Part shown: positions 10,761 to 20,268 of the stretch, piece by piece
How positions within the stretch are numbered: position 1 is the first letter of the stretch
Layout of the letters: the number at the start of each line of letters is the position of its first letter
Source of the DNA: Rhodothermales bacterium
GTDB lineage: Bacteria > Bacteroidota > Rhodothermia > Rhodothermales > Bin80
Direction: 5' to 3'
NCBI GenBank assembly: GCA_965220935.1
Contig: OZ244857.1
Location: 2,330,931 to 2,394,930, forward strand
Length of the DNA: 64,000 nucleotides
Translations under genes and position numbers: made by a program
The notes under the pieces: model-generated
The model's database searches: none
Seen by the model: only the letters and a program-made list of their open reading frames with translations
What the model was told of the DNA's origin: nothing

Positions 10761-10802
10761 TAGCTCTATACGCCACTGATTAAATACTTCTTGTAGAGTC
10801 AT
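10761..10802 (-). pseudogene. Type ISP RM enzyme, first 14 codons (MTLQEVFNQWRIEL) displaced by IS insertion
   Basis: ATG at 10802. After excising the IS and one TTA duplication, the reading frame runs MTLQEVFNQWRIELRTADLSVERAIGTKFEE... without a stop into the 6839..8701 fragment. Confidence 0.7.
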
Positions 10803-10850
10803 TAAAAGGTTCTTTCAAATATAATAAATGTCGTGCCTTATCATCTAGTG
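10803..10850 (-). promoter_or_regulatory. putative promoter/leader of the Type ISP gene (TAnnTTTG-type -7 box)
   Basis: The minus strand reads ...GGCACGACATTTATTATATTTGAAAGAACCTTTTA-ATG. TATATTTG matches the Bacteroidota-type -7 consensus TAnnTTTG. A near-identical ~50-nt copy lies at 53566-53615. Confidence 0.35.
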
Positions 10851-11209
10851 TACTGTGGAATCAGCGCATCTTGATTCTACATTGAATTTAATATTCGTTG
10901 TAATGAATACCTGATACATCATAGCCTTGAACTATGTTGAACAAGAAACCATATAGCCATCCCCGTACACATTGTCAAGCATTAACCAAGACGATTTAGT
11001 CAGCACATGGACACCAGAAGATATACAATGTTCCAACACAGCTGACCATTTTTCATCAATAGATCTACAACTATTGATCGGCCTCAAGTGATGCCAGAGT
11101 AAGTGCACAGCGACCTACACTGATCAAATTTCCTGTCTCCAGATTAACGATCAAGCCGACTGCAACTGGAAGGAGTCAGAGAGATAAAATAATGCCCCAA
11201 CACATTGGG

Positions 11210-11824
11210 CTAGTCGGTGGCCGCAGCAAAATTCTTGGCAACCTGATCCCAATTCACAACATTCCAAAACGCGGACACATAATCAGGACGACGATTCTGG
11301 TAGTTCAGATAATAGGCATGCTCCCATACATCTAATCCCAATATCGGAATATGGCCTTGCATGTAGGGGCTATCCTGATTGGGCGTAGAGTATATATCTA
11401 ATGCTCCACTGCCGTCAACCACGAGCCATGCCCAGCCACTTCCAAATTGTGTCGCTGCCGCGGTAGAGAATTTTGATTTGAGCGTTTCAAATGAACCGAA
11501 GACGCTGTTAATCGCAGATGCTAAATCACCAGATGGAGGTTGACCGCCATTCGGTCCAAGTACAGTCCAAAAAAGATTGTGATTCGCATATCCGCCTCCG
11601 TTATTGCGGACAGCACCCTTAACTTCATTAGGAAGTCTTACAAAACCTCGTAGAAGATCCTCAATAGACTGGCTTTGTAGATCAGGATAACCTTCTAAGG
11701 CCTTATTCAAATTGGTTGTATAAGCCTGATGATGCTTTCCATGGTGGATTTCCATTGTCCTCGCATCAATATAAGGCTCCAGTGCAGCGTGAGTATAGGG
11801 TAGTTTGGGAAGTTCAAAAGCCAT
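11210..11824 (-). CDS. sod: Fe/Mn superoxide dismutase
   Basis: '[34 protein letters not shown]' and '[18 protein letters not shown]' are classic Fe/Mn-SOD signatures. Confidence 0.95.
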   Translation of the reverse strand: MAFELPKLPYTHAALEPYIDARTMEIHHGKHHQAYTTNLNKALEGYPDLQSQSIEDLLRGFVRLPNEVKGAVRNNGGGYANHNLFWTVLGPNGGQPPSGDLASAINSVFGSFETLKSKFSTAAATQFGSGWAWLVVDGSGALDIYSTPNQDSPYMQGHIPILGLDVWEHAYYLNYQNRRPDYVSAFWNVVNWDQVAKNFAAATD

Positions 11825-11890
11825 GAGTATAAAATGTAAGTTTATGATTGTAACTGTCTATCGTGGAAATTGTTCATTAATGATGTTGAG

Positions 11891-12427
11891 CTATCTAGAA
11901 CACAATTTAATGAGCCGCTGATGATCTGATTCGGTGAGTTGACCTTTGGCATGAAGAACGTCAAGGGCTCCTATAACCGCGTCCCAGTCTGTTTGCTGAG
12001 CGTCCGTGCTCTCTGGTACTATCATCAGTTTTTGAAATAGTTTTTCTATGTATTTCATGCTTCCAGGATGCTTAGATAGATCAAGTTTCACTGAAAATGT
12101 GGCTCGTCCCCGGTTCACTTCAATGTTAATATAAGATCCGCGCATCATGGATTGATGTGACTCAACAAAAACAATATCACAGTAACGAATCGTCTGAGCC
12201 GACTCAATATCCGAGTTTTGGAAAACAAATCGATCCTCCAAAAAGATTGCACCGTCTCTACCATTACCGAGAAACGTTCCATCATACAGGGCAATAATAT
12301 CCTCTGGATGGATCTTTTTTGCATAGTCTTTGGTCGCCCCTTTCAGTCGCTTTGATGGTATTTCAGGCGTGACAAACAGCCCGATCTTTGGAGCATGTGG
12401 AAGTAGTTCTTGAACCAATGAGCGCAT
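11891..12427 (-). CDS. hypothetical protein
   Basis: 178-aa ORF, co-directional with and 18 nt downstream of nuoN. No motif recognised. Confidence 0.5.
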   Translation of the reverse strand: MRSLVQELLPHAPKIGLFVTPEIPSKRLKGATKDYAKKIHPEDIIALYDGTFLGNGRDGAIFLEDRFVFQNSDIESAQTIRYCDIVFVESHQSMMRGSYINIEVNRGRATFSVKLDLSKHPGSMKYIEKLFQKLMIVPESTDAQQTDWDAVIGALDVLHAKGQLTESDHQRLIKLCSR

Positions 12428-12445
12428 TATTACCGCTAATCAGTA

Positions 12446-13921
12446 TTAGACAAAAAATGATAAAGTTAAATCTCTAACCCCAGGAATCAGACCAATACCC
12501 AATAGCAAAATAGCACACATCACGAGCACGATGGAGGACGACCGCGGTATTGGAAAAGAACGAGATTGAACTATAGGATCAGCATCAATCGCCGGCTTCA
12601 TCCAAAATACATACAATACCCGCAAGTAATAATACCCTGAAAAAACACTTGCAGCGATACCAATCAAGGCCAACCATGTTAATCCAGCATTCACCGCTGG
12701 TGCAAAAACGGCAAGTTTACCAAAAAAACCTCCAAGTGGTGGAAACCCTGTTAAACTAAACATAAAGATCGCCATCGTAATGCCAATTAACGGCCGCTTG
12801 AATCCAATTCCTGCAAGAGAGTCCAGCGTTTGAGTTCGGCCTTCTTTTCCATCCCATTCCAATAATGATATTGCACCGAAGGCACCAATATTCATCAACG
12901 CATAAATCAATAAATAATACACAGCCCCAGCGTAAGCTTCACCGGTTCCTGCGGCCAGCGCGATGAGGATATATCCTGCGTGAGCAATAGAGGAGTATGC
13001 CAGCATTCGCTTGACATTGTCCTGAGTCAATGCGAGGATGTTTCCAATGATAACCGTCACAAGTGCAATCATTGCAAGTGCAAACTGCCAGTTAGCCCCT
13101 CCTAGATCCAAAGCCCCTATCCCGTGGTATAGTACAAGAATCAAAGCAGCAAATGCAGCGGCCTTTGACGCGGTTGCCATAAACCCCGTTAATGGAGTCG
13201 GTGCACCTTGGTAGACATCAGGAGTCCACATATGAAAAGGAACAGCACCAACCTTAAACATAAATCCGACCAAAAAAAGTCCAACACCAACCCAAAACAA
13301 CGAACGTAAATCACCTGTAGAGTAGCCAACCGCGAACTCCGAAAAGTACATCGTGCCCGTAGCACCATAGATGAGTGCAATGCCATAGAGGAAAAATCCA
13401 GTGGAAAAAGCACCCAACAGAAAATACTTCAGCGCACTCTCTAATGCCCCCTCGTCACTGCGAACCACGCCCGTGAGGATATAGAGTGCTATAGACATGG
13501 TTTCAAGACCAACAAAGACGGTTACCATATTATTCGCGGTCCCTAACATCAGCATCCCACTGGTGGCAAAAAGTATCAAAGCATAAATTTCACCATAACT
13601 CCGTTTAATGGCTTTAAGGTATGGAACACACAGAATAATTGAGCCAAGTGCACTTATCAGGATAATCATACTGATAAACGATGCTTCACCGCCGGTCTGA
13701 ATCAGTGAGAAAAAAACAGTCGACGATGGATCACCAATCTTTAGCAACTCATAACCAAGAGCAACCAGTACAGCCACTGCCGAAATCCACGGAATTGGCA
13801 GAGCATCATTACGAAAAATATCCCATACAAGAACGACGACTCCCATTAGAGAAAGCCATATGATGGATGCTCCTCCCGTAAGATCTACCAAAATTGTGTC
13901 AAACGCTCGCGAAATCTCCAT
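12446..13921 (-). CDS. nuoN: NADH-quinone oxidoreductase subunit N
   Basis: Polytopic antiporter-like subunit. 'FHMWTPDVYQGAPTPLTGFMATASKAAAF' is typical of NuoN. Confidence 0.9.
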   Translation of the reverse strand: MEISRAFDTILVDLTGGASIIWLSLMGVVVLVWDIFRNDALPIPWISAVAVLVALGYELLKIGDPSSTVFFSLIQTGGEASFISMIILISALGSIILCVPYLKAIKRSYGEIYALILFATSGMLMLGTANNMVTVFVGLETMSIALYILTGVVRSDEGALESALKYFLLGAFSTGFFLYGIALIYGATGTMYFSEFAVGYSTGDLRSLFWVGVGLFLVGFMFKVGAVPFHMWTPDVYQGAPTPLTGFMATASKAAAFAALILVLYHGIGALDLGGANWQFALAMIALVTVIIGNILALTQDNVKRMLAYSSIAHAGYILIALAAGTGEAYAGAVYYLLIYALMNIGAFGAISLLEWDGKEGRTQTLDSLAGIGFKRPLIGITMAIFMFSLTGFPPLGGFFGKLAVFAPAVNAGLTWLALIGIAASVFSGYYYLRVLYVFWMKPAIDADPIVQSRSFPIPRSSSIVLVMCAILLLGIGLIPGVRDLTLSFFV

Positions 13922-13929
13922 TGAAAGCC

Positions 13930-14226
13930 TTACTGGGTGCTCGCGATTTTCTCAATCGATTTTGCCAGTACTACATCCAGAGAGGTCACCTTATTGCCAA
14001 CACTATGAGTTGTCAGTTCAATACTCACAGAGTTATAGACATTAATGACGATAGGATGATGATCTATGCTATCGGCGTAAAATGAAATGTGTACGATAAA
14101 TGCAATCGCTTCACGAAAATCAGCAAATTTGAATGTCTTGACCAGACGATCATTTTTATGTTTCCAATCTTGGAGAAGCGCCAAGGCTTTGTTGAGTTCG
14201 TCCTGATCTAAAGGGGTTTGACTCAT
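13930..14226 (-). CDS. phhB: 4a-hydroxytetrahydrobiopterin (pterin-4a-carbinolamine) dehydratase
   Basis: 98 aa. 'F.F.DF..A..F...I...A....HHP.I.NVYN.V.I.L.TH' pattern of the PCD/DCoH family. Confidence 0.8.
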   Translation of the reverse strand: MSQTPLDQDELNKALALLQDWKHKNDRLVKTFKFADFREAIAFIVHISFYADSIDHHPIVINVYNSVSIELTTHSVGNKVTSLDVVLAKSIEKIASTQ

Positions 14227-14252
14227 TAATTCAAGGATTCTATTGATGGTTG

Positions 14253-15752
14253 TTAAAATACCCAGCCACTATAACGGATCAGCCATACCACCGCGTAAAC
14301 TGGTAACAAAATGGTTAAGCCATACTTCACAAGGTAACCGACAAACGATGGAACATCCGCGCCATTGGATTCGGCAATGGCTTTCACCATGAAATTTGGT
14401 GCGTTCCCAATGTAGGTCATCGCTCCAAAGAAAACAGCAGCAACAGAAATGGCAGATAGATATAAATAGGTGTTCTCCTTATCAAGAGCAAATGCAGTCA
14501 CCTCAGAGGCAACATTGATGTCTAATCCGAATTTACCCATCGCAGCGGCAAGAAAATTTAGATAGGTCGGTGCATTATCCAGAACCCCCGACAAAATACC
14601 AGTGCCCCAGTAGAAGGTCGTTGCATTCAGTCCACTCGCATTCTCAGATGCAAAATTCGAGATCAATGCCAATGCAGGAACCATACAGGCAAAGATACCC
14701 AAAAATAACCACCCAACTTCACGAATGGGTTCAAATGTGAACTCGTTCTTTTTAAGTGCCTCTTTATCACAAAATTTGAAGGCCAGAATACACATAGAGA
14801 ACATGATAATTTCCCTGATTCCAAAGGGAAGATGATAGGTTCCCACCAAATCCAGGCGGGTTCCTTTTAGAGCTGAAATTACATTGGGGTCGATAAACAC
14901 AGAAATCACGATGATCACAACAAAAATAAAACTACGGTTACCCTGAATCTCAATGGTTTTGCCCGAGGAAATATCGGTCATTGACTCGGCTTTATTTCGT
15001 GAGTCAATGACATAGAAAATAAGGAGTAGTACAACTAGCGTCGGCGCCCAGACGTACCAGAGATTGACAGCAGTCCAGAAGAAAGGGACTCCACGAAGGA
15101 ACCCGAGAAACAATGGTGGATCACCAATGGGTGTCATCGCGCCACCAACATTGGCAACAATGAAGATAAAGAAAACAATATGATAGGCTTTTAACCTTCC
15201 TTTATTTAAGCGCATATACGGACGGATAAAGAGCATGGCTGCGCCTGTGGTTGCAATCAAATTTGCAATGACCGCCCCAATAGAAAGAATTGAGACATTC
15301 ACAAGTGGAGTGCCCCTCGCATTGACTTTCAAAAATATTCCACTCGCTGCAATAAATAAAGAAGCGACAAGTGCAATAAATGAAAGATACTCCTGAAGTG
15401 CATGGAGCATTGAATAGCCATCTTGTAGAACAACGAGATAATAGAGCGTCACAAGCGCTCCAAGAATGACTGCATATTTTGGGTAGTGGTTGTGCCAATG
15501 ATGCGAATAGAAAAGTGGACCAGTGGCAATCATCAGCAGAAGAAGTGCAAACGGAGCAACTAACCATAATGGCGGAAGCACGCTTGCATCATCATACTCT
15601 TGGCTATCTGAATCGTTAATGTCCTCCTCCTTTGTCTCAGAAGATTCGTGGAACGAGTCAATGACAGTTTCGACTTCCTGACCAAGCAGATCCATCGGGG
15701 CACTCAGAACCACCAAAAAGACAAGTAGGAATTTTATTCTATAAAATATCAT
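14253..15752 (-). CDS. ArsB/NhaD-superfamily permease (putative Na+/H+ antiporter-like)
   Basis: 499-aa polytopic membrane protein with a signal-like N-terminus and an acidic linker. 'GGAMTPIGDPPLFLGFL' resembles the citrate-transporter/NhaD-like family. Confidence 0.65.
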   Translation of the reverse strand: MIFYRIKFLLVFLVVLSAPMDLLGQEVETVIDSFHESSETKEEDINDSDSQEYDDASVLPPLWLVAPFALLLLMIATGPLFYSHHWHNHYPKYAVILGALVTLYYLVVLQDGYSMLHALQEYLSFIALVASLFIAASGIFLKVNARGTPLVNVSILSIGAVIANLIATTGAAMLFIRPYMRLNKGRLKAYHIVFFIFIVANVGGAMTPIGDPPLFLGFLRGVPFFWTAVNLWYVWAPTLVVLLLIFYVIDSRNKAESMTDISSGKTIEIQGNRSFIFVVIIVISVFIDPNVISALKGTRLDLVGTYHLPFGIREIIMFSMCILAFKFCDKEALKKNEFTFEPIREVGWLFLGIFACMVPALALISNFASENASGLNATTFYWGTGILSGVLDNAPTYLNFLAAAMGKFGLDINVASEVTAFALDKENTYLYLSAISVAAVFFGAMTYIGNAPNFMVKAIAESNGADVPSFVGYLVKYGLTILLPVYAVVWLIRYSGWVF

Positions 15753-15763
15753 AACAATGGAAT

Positions 15764-17371
15764 TTACGGTTTCAATGCTGGGTCAGGTGAGGCGCTAGGT
15801 GCCATTTGATCATACAATTCATACATACGGTGCACATTAGGATCGTCACTTTCTGTAAGTGCACGTTTTTTCTCAATCACTTTCAATAGTTGATCCGCAA
15901 CGGGCTCACTGACTTTAAGAAATGGCTGAGGCATCAATCCAAGAATGATCATTAACAAGGCCATTGGAACAAGAATCACTAATTCTCTAAAATTTAAATC
16001 TGGCATTACACGGTTTGCGTCCAACGTCAACGGGCCGAAAAACATTCGACTGAGCATCCATAGCAAATAGACTGCAGCGAGAATGACTCCAGTGGTTGCA
16101 ATAACTGCGAGTGTCTGCATCCCCTGCGCATCGCTACTAAACGCTCCCACCAAAATCAAAAACTCTCCAACAAATCCATTCAGCCCAGGAAGTCCTGCAC
16201 TTGCCAAAATGGTGAGAACCATAAAAAATGTCAGCACTGGCACAGATCTAGCAATTCCTCCATAATCGGCCATCAAACGTGTATGGCGCCGCTCATATAA
16301 CATTCCTACAATCAAAAATAAGGTACCCGTGGAAATACCATGATTGATCATCTGAATGATGGCCCCCTGAAGGCTCTCAAGAGTCAATGCAAAAATTCCA
16401 AGAACTACAAATCCTAAGTGACTGACGCTTGAATAAGCAACTAATTTTTTCGCATCACTCTGTGCTCTGGAAACTAAAGCCCCATACACAATCCCGATGA
16501 CCGCAAAAATACCAATCAACAAAGTGTATGAAGCAGCTGCGCTTGGGAAAAAGGGGAGGCAAAAACGAATTAAACCATAGGTACCCATCTTAAGCAGGAT
16601 CCCTGCCAAAACGACTGACCCCCCCGTTGGTGCTTGCACATGAGCATCAGGGAGCCATGTATGAAATGGGAAAATAGGAACCTTGATTGCAAAGGCAAAC
16701 GCAAACAAAACAAACAGCCAGGATTGCGTTCCAATAGGAACATCAAACTCCAATAACTTGAAGTAGTTGGTGGTAAAGACCCCATCATTGACCGCATGGC
16801 CTGCAGCATATCCCAAATATAAAATTGCAACTAACATCAGCAGAGACCCCGCCATCGTGTAGATGACAAATTTGATGGCGGCATAGATGCGTCTCTCGCC
16901 TCCCCAAATCCCGATGAGAAAGTACATCGGGATCAGTGTTAACTCGAAAAAAATGTAAAATAAAAGAACGTCAAACGCACAAAATACTCCCGTCATCCCT
17001 GTCTGGAGGATAAGTAATAAACTATAATAGGCTTTTGTGCTCTGTGTGATGTAATTCCATGAACACAAAACAATGATAGGACCCAGAAATGTGGTTAACA
17101 GGACAAGTAGTAAACTGAGACCATCAATCCCAATCATATAACGCACATCAAGACTCTCAGAAATCAGAGGTATTTCAAAGCCGCGAAATTGCAATTCTGC
17201 GGCATTGACGACATCAAATCCGAACCACAGCGGTAATGAGAGGAAAAAAGCGCCAACAGTGATGATGAGTGCAAACCATTTAACCGAACGATCACTCGGC
17301 GCAAAGAGCATCAACAGCGATCCTACCAATGGTAGGAAAATGATCGCGGTTAACAGGTTTTCAAACTCCAT
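15764..17371 (-). CDS. nuoM: NADH-quinone oxidoreductase subunit M
   Basis: 'FPFHTWLPDAHVQAPTGGSVVLAGILLKMGTYG' is the NuoM signature. 535 aa. Confidence 0.9.
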   Translation of the reverse strand: MEFENLLTAIIFLPLVGSLLMLFAPSDRSVKWFALIITVGAFFLSLPLWFGFDVVNAAELQFRGFEIPLISESLDVRYMIGIDGLSLLLVLLTTFLGPIIVLCSWNYITQSTKAYYSLLLILQTGMTGVFCAFDVLLFYIFFELTLIPMYFLIGIWGGERRIYAAIKFVIYTMAGSLLMLVAILYLGYAAGHAVNDGVFTTNYFKLLEFDVPIGTQSWLFVLFAFAFAIKVPIFPFHTWLPDAHVQAPTGGSVVLAGILLKMGTYGLIRFCLPFFPSAAASYTLLIGIFAVIGIVYGALVSRAQSDAKKLVAYSSVSHLGFVVLGIFALTLESLQGAIIQMINHGISTGTLFLIVGMLYERRHTRLMADYGGIARSVPVLTFFMVLTILASAGLPGLNGFVGEFLILVGAFSSDAQGMQTLAVIATTGVILAAVYLLWMLSRMFFGPLTLDANRVMPDLNFRELVILVPMALLMIILGLMPQPFLKVSEPVADQLLKVIEKKRALTESDDPNVHRMYELYDQMAPSASPDPALKP

Positions 17372-17388
17372 ACTAATGACTCACACGA

Positions 17389-19383
17389 TTAAAACAGAAA
17401 CAGAGCAATAATAATAACCGCTCCTAAAACGATAGCAAGGGCATAATTCTGGACAACGCCTGTCTGAAGACGACTAAACATCCAGCTAAAAATCATGGAC
17501 AAACGGCCAACGGTATTGACTAGTCCATCAACAATGTGCCTATCAAACGGGGCGAGTGCTTTCTGTGCAGCTCCAATGATAGGCCGCACAATTAAGCGGT
17601 CATAGAACTTATCCCAGTAATAACTTGACTGCATCCATTGATATGCGGCTCCAAATCTACTACGAATCAGTTCATCTCCACCGAGTTCATATTTTGCAAA
17701 AAAGCGCCACGCCCACATCACCCCAACAACTGCAATCATGGCACCAAGAAGAATCAATCCGATTTCGGTTGCGATGCCCACATGAGCAGAAACATCTGGT
17801 TCGGCCACTGGGCCTAAATGATCGCCATGTCCTACCAAATAATCATGGATCCAATTAGATAAGCCAATTTTTTTGGCTACTTTTGGAAATCCAATTGCAC
17901 CGCCGATCATGGACAGCCCTGCCAAAATCACCAGAGGGATTGTCATCGTGGCAGGAGATTCATGTGGATGAATCTGATCCTTCATCGGCCACCGAGAACT
18001 ACCCTCAAACGTCAGCATGTAGGAACGCATCATATAAAAGGCGGTCAATAATGCCGTAATCAATCCCACAATCCATACAAACGAGGCATAGGGGTGACCG
18101 TCGTATCCATATTCAAACGCTTTGAAAAGAATTTCATCCTTAGAGAAGAATCCAGCCGTCAACGGGATGCCAGCAATGGCCAGAGTAGATAGCAGGTAGG
18201 TCCATCGCGTAACGGGCAAATATTGTTTAAGCCCGCCCATTAATTTCATGTTCTGAGCATCAAATGATCCCTCATAACCTTTTTGTTTGAGATCATGTTC
18301 AACATGATGCATTCCATGAATAACACTGCCAGAGCCAAGAAATAAACATGCTTTGAAGAATGCATGCGTCACGACATGGAAAATAGCCACGAAGAATGCA
18401 CCAACGCCCGCTGCCATAAACATATATCCTAATTGAGAGACCGTTGAGTAAGCAAGGACGCGTTTGATATCGGTCTGCGTCAATGCAACTGTCGCGGCCA
18501 CAATCGCAGTGAGCGCTCCCAGAATCGCAATTACAGTCATCACCTCAGGGGCCATTAAAACAAGCGGTGATAGTCGAGCTAATAAGTAGAGTCCACTTGT
18601 GACCATAGTCGCAGCATGAATGAGCGCAGAGACTGGTGTGGGCCCTGCCATGGCATCTGGAAGCCAGACAAATAAAGGAATCTGAGCACTTTTTCCAGTA
18701 GCGCCTAAAAACAAAAGAAACACCACCGATGCAATCATAACATCCGACATCATTTCGGCCCCCGACAGAACTGTGCCAAAATTAAGGCTTCCAAGCTCTT
18801 TCACCAAGATGAACATTGCAATTAGAAATGCAAAATCACCGATCCTATTGACGATGAACGCTTTACTTGCTGCCGCGCTGTTTTTCTGCTCTTCATACCA
18901 AAATCCAATAAGAAGATAGGAGCAGAGTCCGACACCTTCCCAGCCCAGAAACATGAGCAGTAGATTATCGGCCAGAACGAGATTTAGCATCATAAAGATG
19001 AACAGGTTGAGGTAGGAAAAGAATTTCCAGAACGAACGATCCTCAGCCATATACCCGATGGAATATAAGTGAATCAACGCTCCAACACCTGTTACAACCA
19101 ATGTCATAATCAGCGACAGCTGATCAACGCGATACGCGATACTGACCGAAAAATCTCCCGCCCCCATCCAAGTATACATAGAGGCCACTGTGGCCGAGTC
19201 AACTCCCTGAATAAATAGCGCAACGGTCAGAGCGAAAGGAACTGCGACCATCAGTGTTCCCAGTGTCCCTAAAAGAGTCTTGTACTGTCGTAATCCTTGA
19301 ACAAAAAGAGGAATCAATCCGAGTAAGACTGCCCCAATGAGAGGCAGCAGAATAATCAGCTGGACTGCGAGTTTAGTCGGCAT
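17389..19383 (-). CDS. nuoL: NADH-quinone oxidoreductase subunit L
   Basis: 'FVWLPDAMAGPTPVSALIHAATMVTSG'. 664 aa with a long C-terminal extension typical of NuoL. Confidence 0.9.
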   Translation of the reverse strand: MPTKLAVQLIILLPLIGAVLLGLIPLFVQGLRQYKTLLGTLGTLMVAVPFALTVALFIQGVDSATVASMYTWMGAGDFSVSIAYRVDQLSLIMTLVVTGVGALIHLYSIGYMAEDRSFWKFFSYLNLFIFMMLNLVLADNLLLMFLGWEGVGLCSYLLIGFWYEEQKNSAAASKAFIVNRIGDFAFLIAMFILVKELGSLNFGTVLSGAEMMSDVMIASVVFLLFLGATGKSAQIPLFVWLPDAMAGPTPVSALIHAATMVTSGLYLLARLSPLVLMAPEVMTVIAILGALTAIVAATVALTQTDIKRVLAYSTVSQLGYMFMAAGVGAFFVAIFHVVTHAFFKACLFLGSGSVIHGMHHVEHDLKQKGYEGSFDAQNMKLMGGLKQYLPVTRWTYLLSTLAIAGIPLTAGFFSKDEILFKAFEYGYDGHPYASFVWIVGLITALLTAFYMMRSYMLTFEGSSRWPMKDQIHPHESPATMTIPLVILAGLSMIGGAIGFPKVAKKIGLSNWIHDYLVGHGDHLGPVAEPDVSAHVGIATEIGLILLGAMIAVVGVMWAWRFFAKYELGGDELIRSRFGAAYQWMQSSYYWDKFYDRLIVRPIIGAAQKALAPFDRHIVDGLVNTVGRLSMIFSWMFSRLQTGVVQNYALAIVLGAVIIIALFLF

Positions 19384-19391
19384 GGATTGGC

Positions 19392-19697
19392 TTAGTGCCT
19401 AAATAAATTGATGTTGTTAACATCAATGGTGAGCTTATTGCGGAAAATGGCGATGACGATCGCTAAACCTATGGCGGCTTCAGCAGCAGCTACAGAAATT
19501 ACAAAAAACACCAAAATTTGACCCGATACGTCACCCATAAATTGGGAGAAAGCGACCAGAGTAATGTTCACAGCATTGAGCATCAACTCAACCGACATCA
19601 AAATGATGATCAGATTGCTTCTAAACAATACCCCCATCACGCCTATTGAAAATAAAACTGCACTGAGTGTCAAATACCAAGTAAGTGGAATCCCCAT
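19392..19697 (-). CDS. nuoK: NADH-quinone oxidoreductase subunit K
   Basis: 101-aa protein with 3 TM helices. '[12 protein letters not shown]...[11 protein letters not shown]' is the NuoK signature. Confidence 0.9.
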   Translation of the reverse strand: MGIPLTWYLTLSAVLFSIGVMGVLFRSNLIIILMSVELMLNAVNITLVAFSQFMGDVSGQILVFFVISVAAAEAAIGLAIVIAIFRNKLTIDVNNINLFRH

Positions 19698-19701
19698 CTA
19701 T

Positions 19702-20193
19702 TTATTCAAATGTACGCTTGGCAAGGATCACGGCCCCCACCGTCGCAACCAAAAGAAGAATCCCTATCATTTCAAAGGGAAGCACATATCGTGTAAATAA
19801 TTCCTCAGCAATCTTCAATGCTGATCCAGTTTCAGGATGTTCTATCATTGTTGATGATGTCGTTGATGTAATATAGACCAACTGCGATAAGATGATCGTA
19901 AGCAATACAAATCCTAACCCTTTTTTGACATCAATTCGGTCAAGATAAGAAACTGTGCCCAAGTTCAGCAGCATAATAACAAAGAGAAACAAGACCATAA
20001 TCGCGCCTGCATAAACCAGTACCTGAACAACCGCGATGAAGTCAGCACTCAAGGTCACATAGAATCCAGCGACACATAGCATCACCAAAATCAGCCACAG
20101 GGCACTCTGCACAGGGCTACGTGAAACCAGCATCGCTAATGCGGCAAAGACGGCAACAACACTGGAAACAATAAAAAAGACTTCAGCAAACAT
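19702..20193 (-). CDS. nuoJ: NADH-quinone oxidoreductase subunit J
   Basis: 163-aa hydrophobic protein immediately upstream of nuoK. 'VQVLVYAGAIMVLFLFVIMLL' is typical of NuoJ. Confidence 0.85.
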   Translation of the reverse strand: MFAEVFFIVSSVVAVFAALAMLVSRSPVQSALWLILVMLCVAGFYVTLSADFIAVVQVLVYAGAIMVLFLFVIMLLNLGTVSYLDRIDVKKGLGFVLLTIILSQLVYITSTTSSTMIEHPETGSALKIAEELFTRYVLPFEMIGILLLVATVGAVILAKRTFE

Positions 20194-20268
20194 GAACCAT
20201 CATCAAAAATGTCATTACCGCAAATTTAGGCATATTTTGGAAGCTATGCATCATAATGAACATGAATT

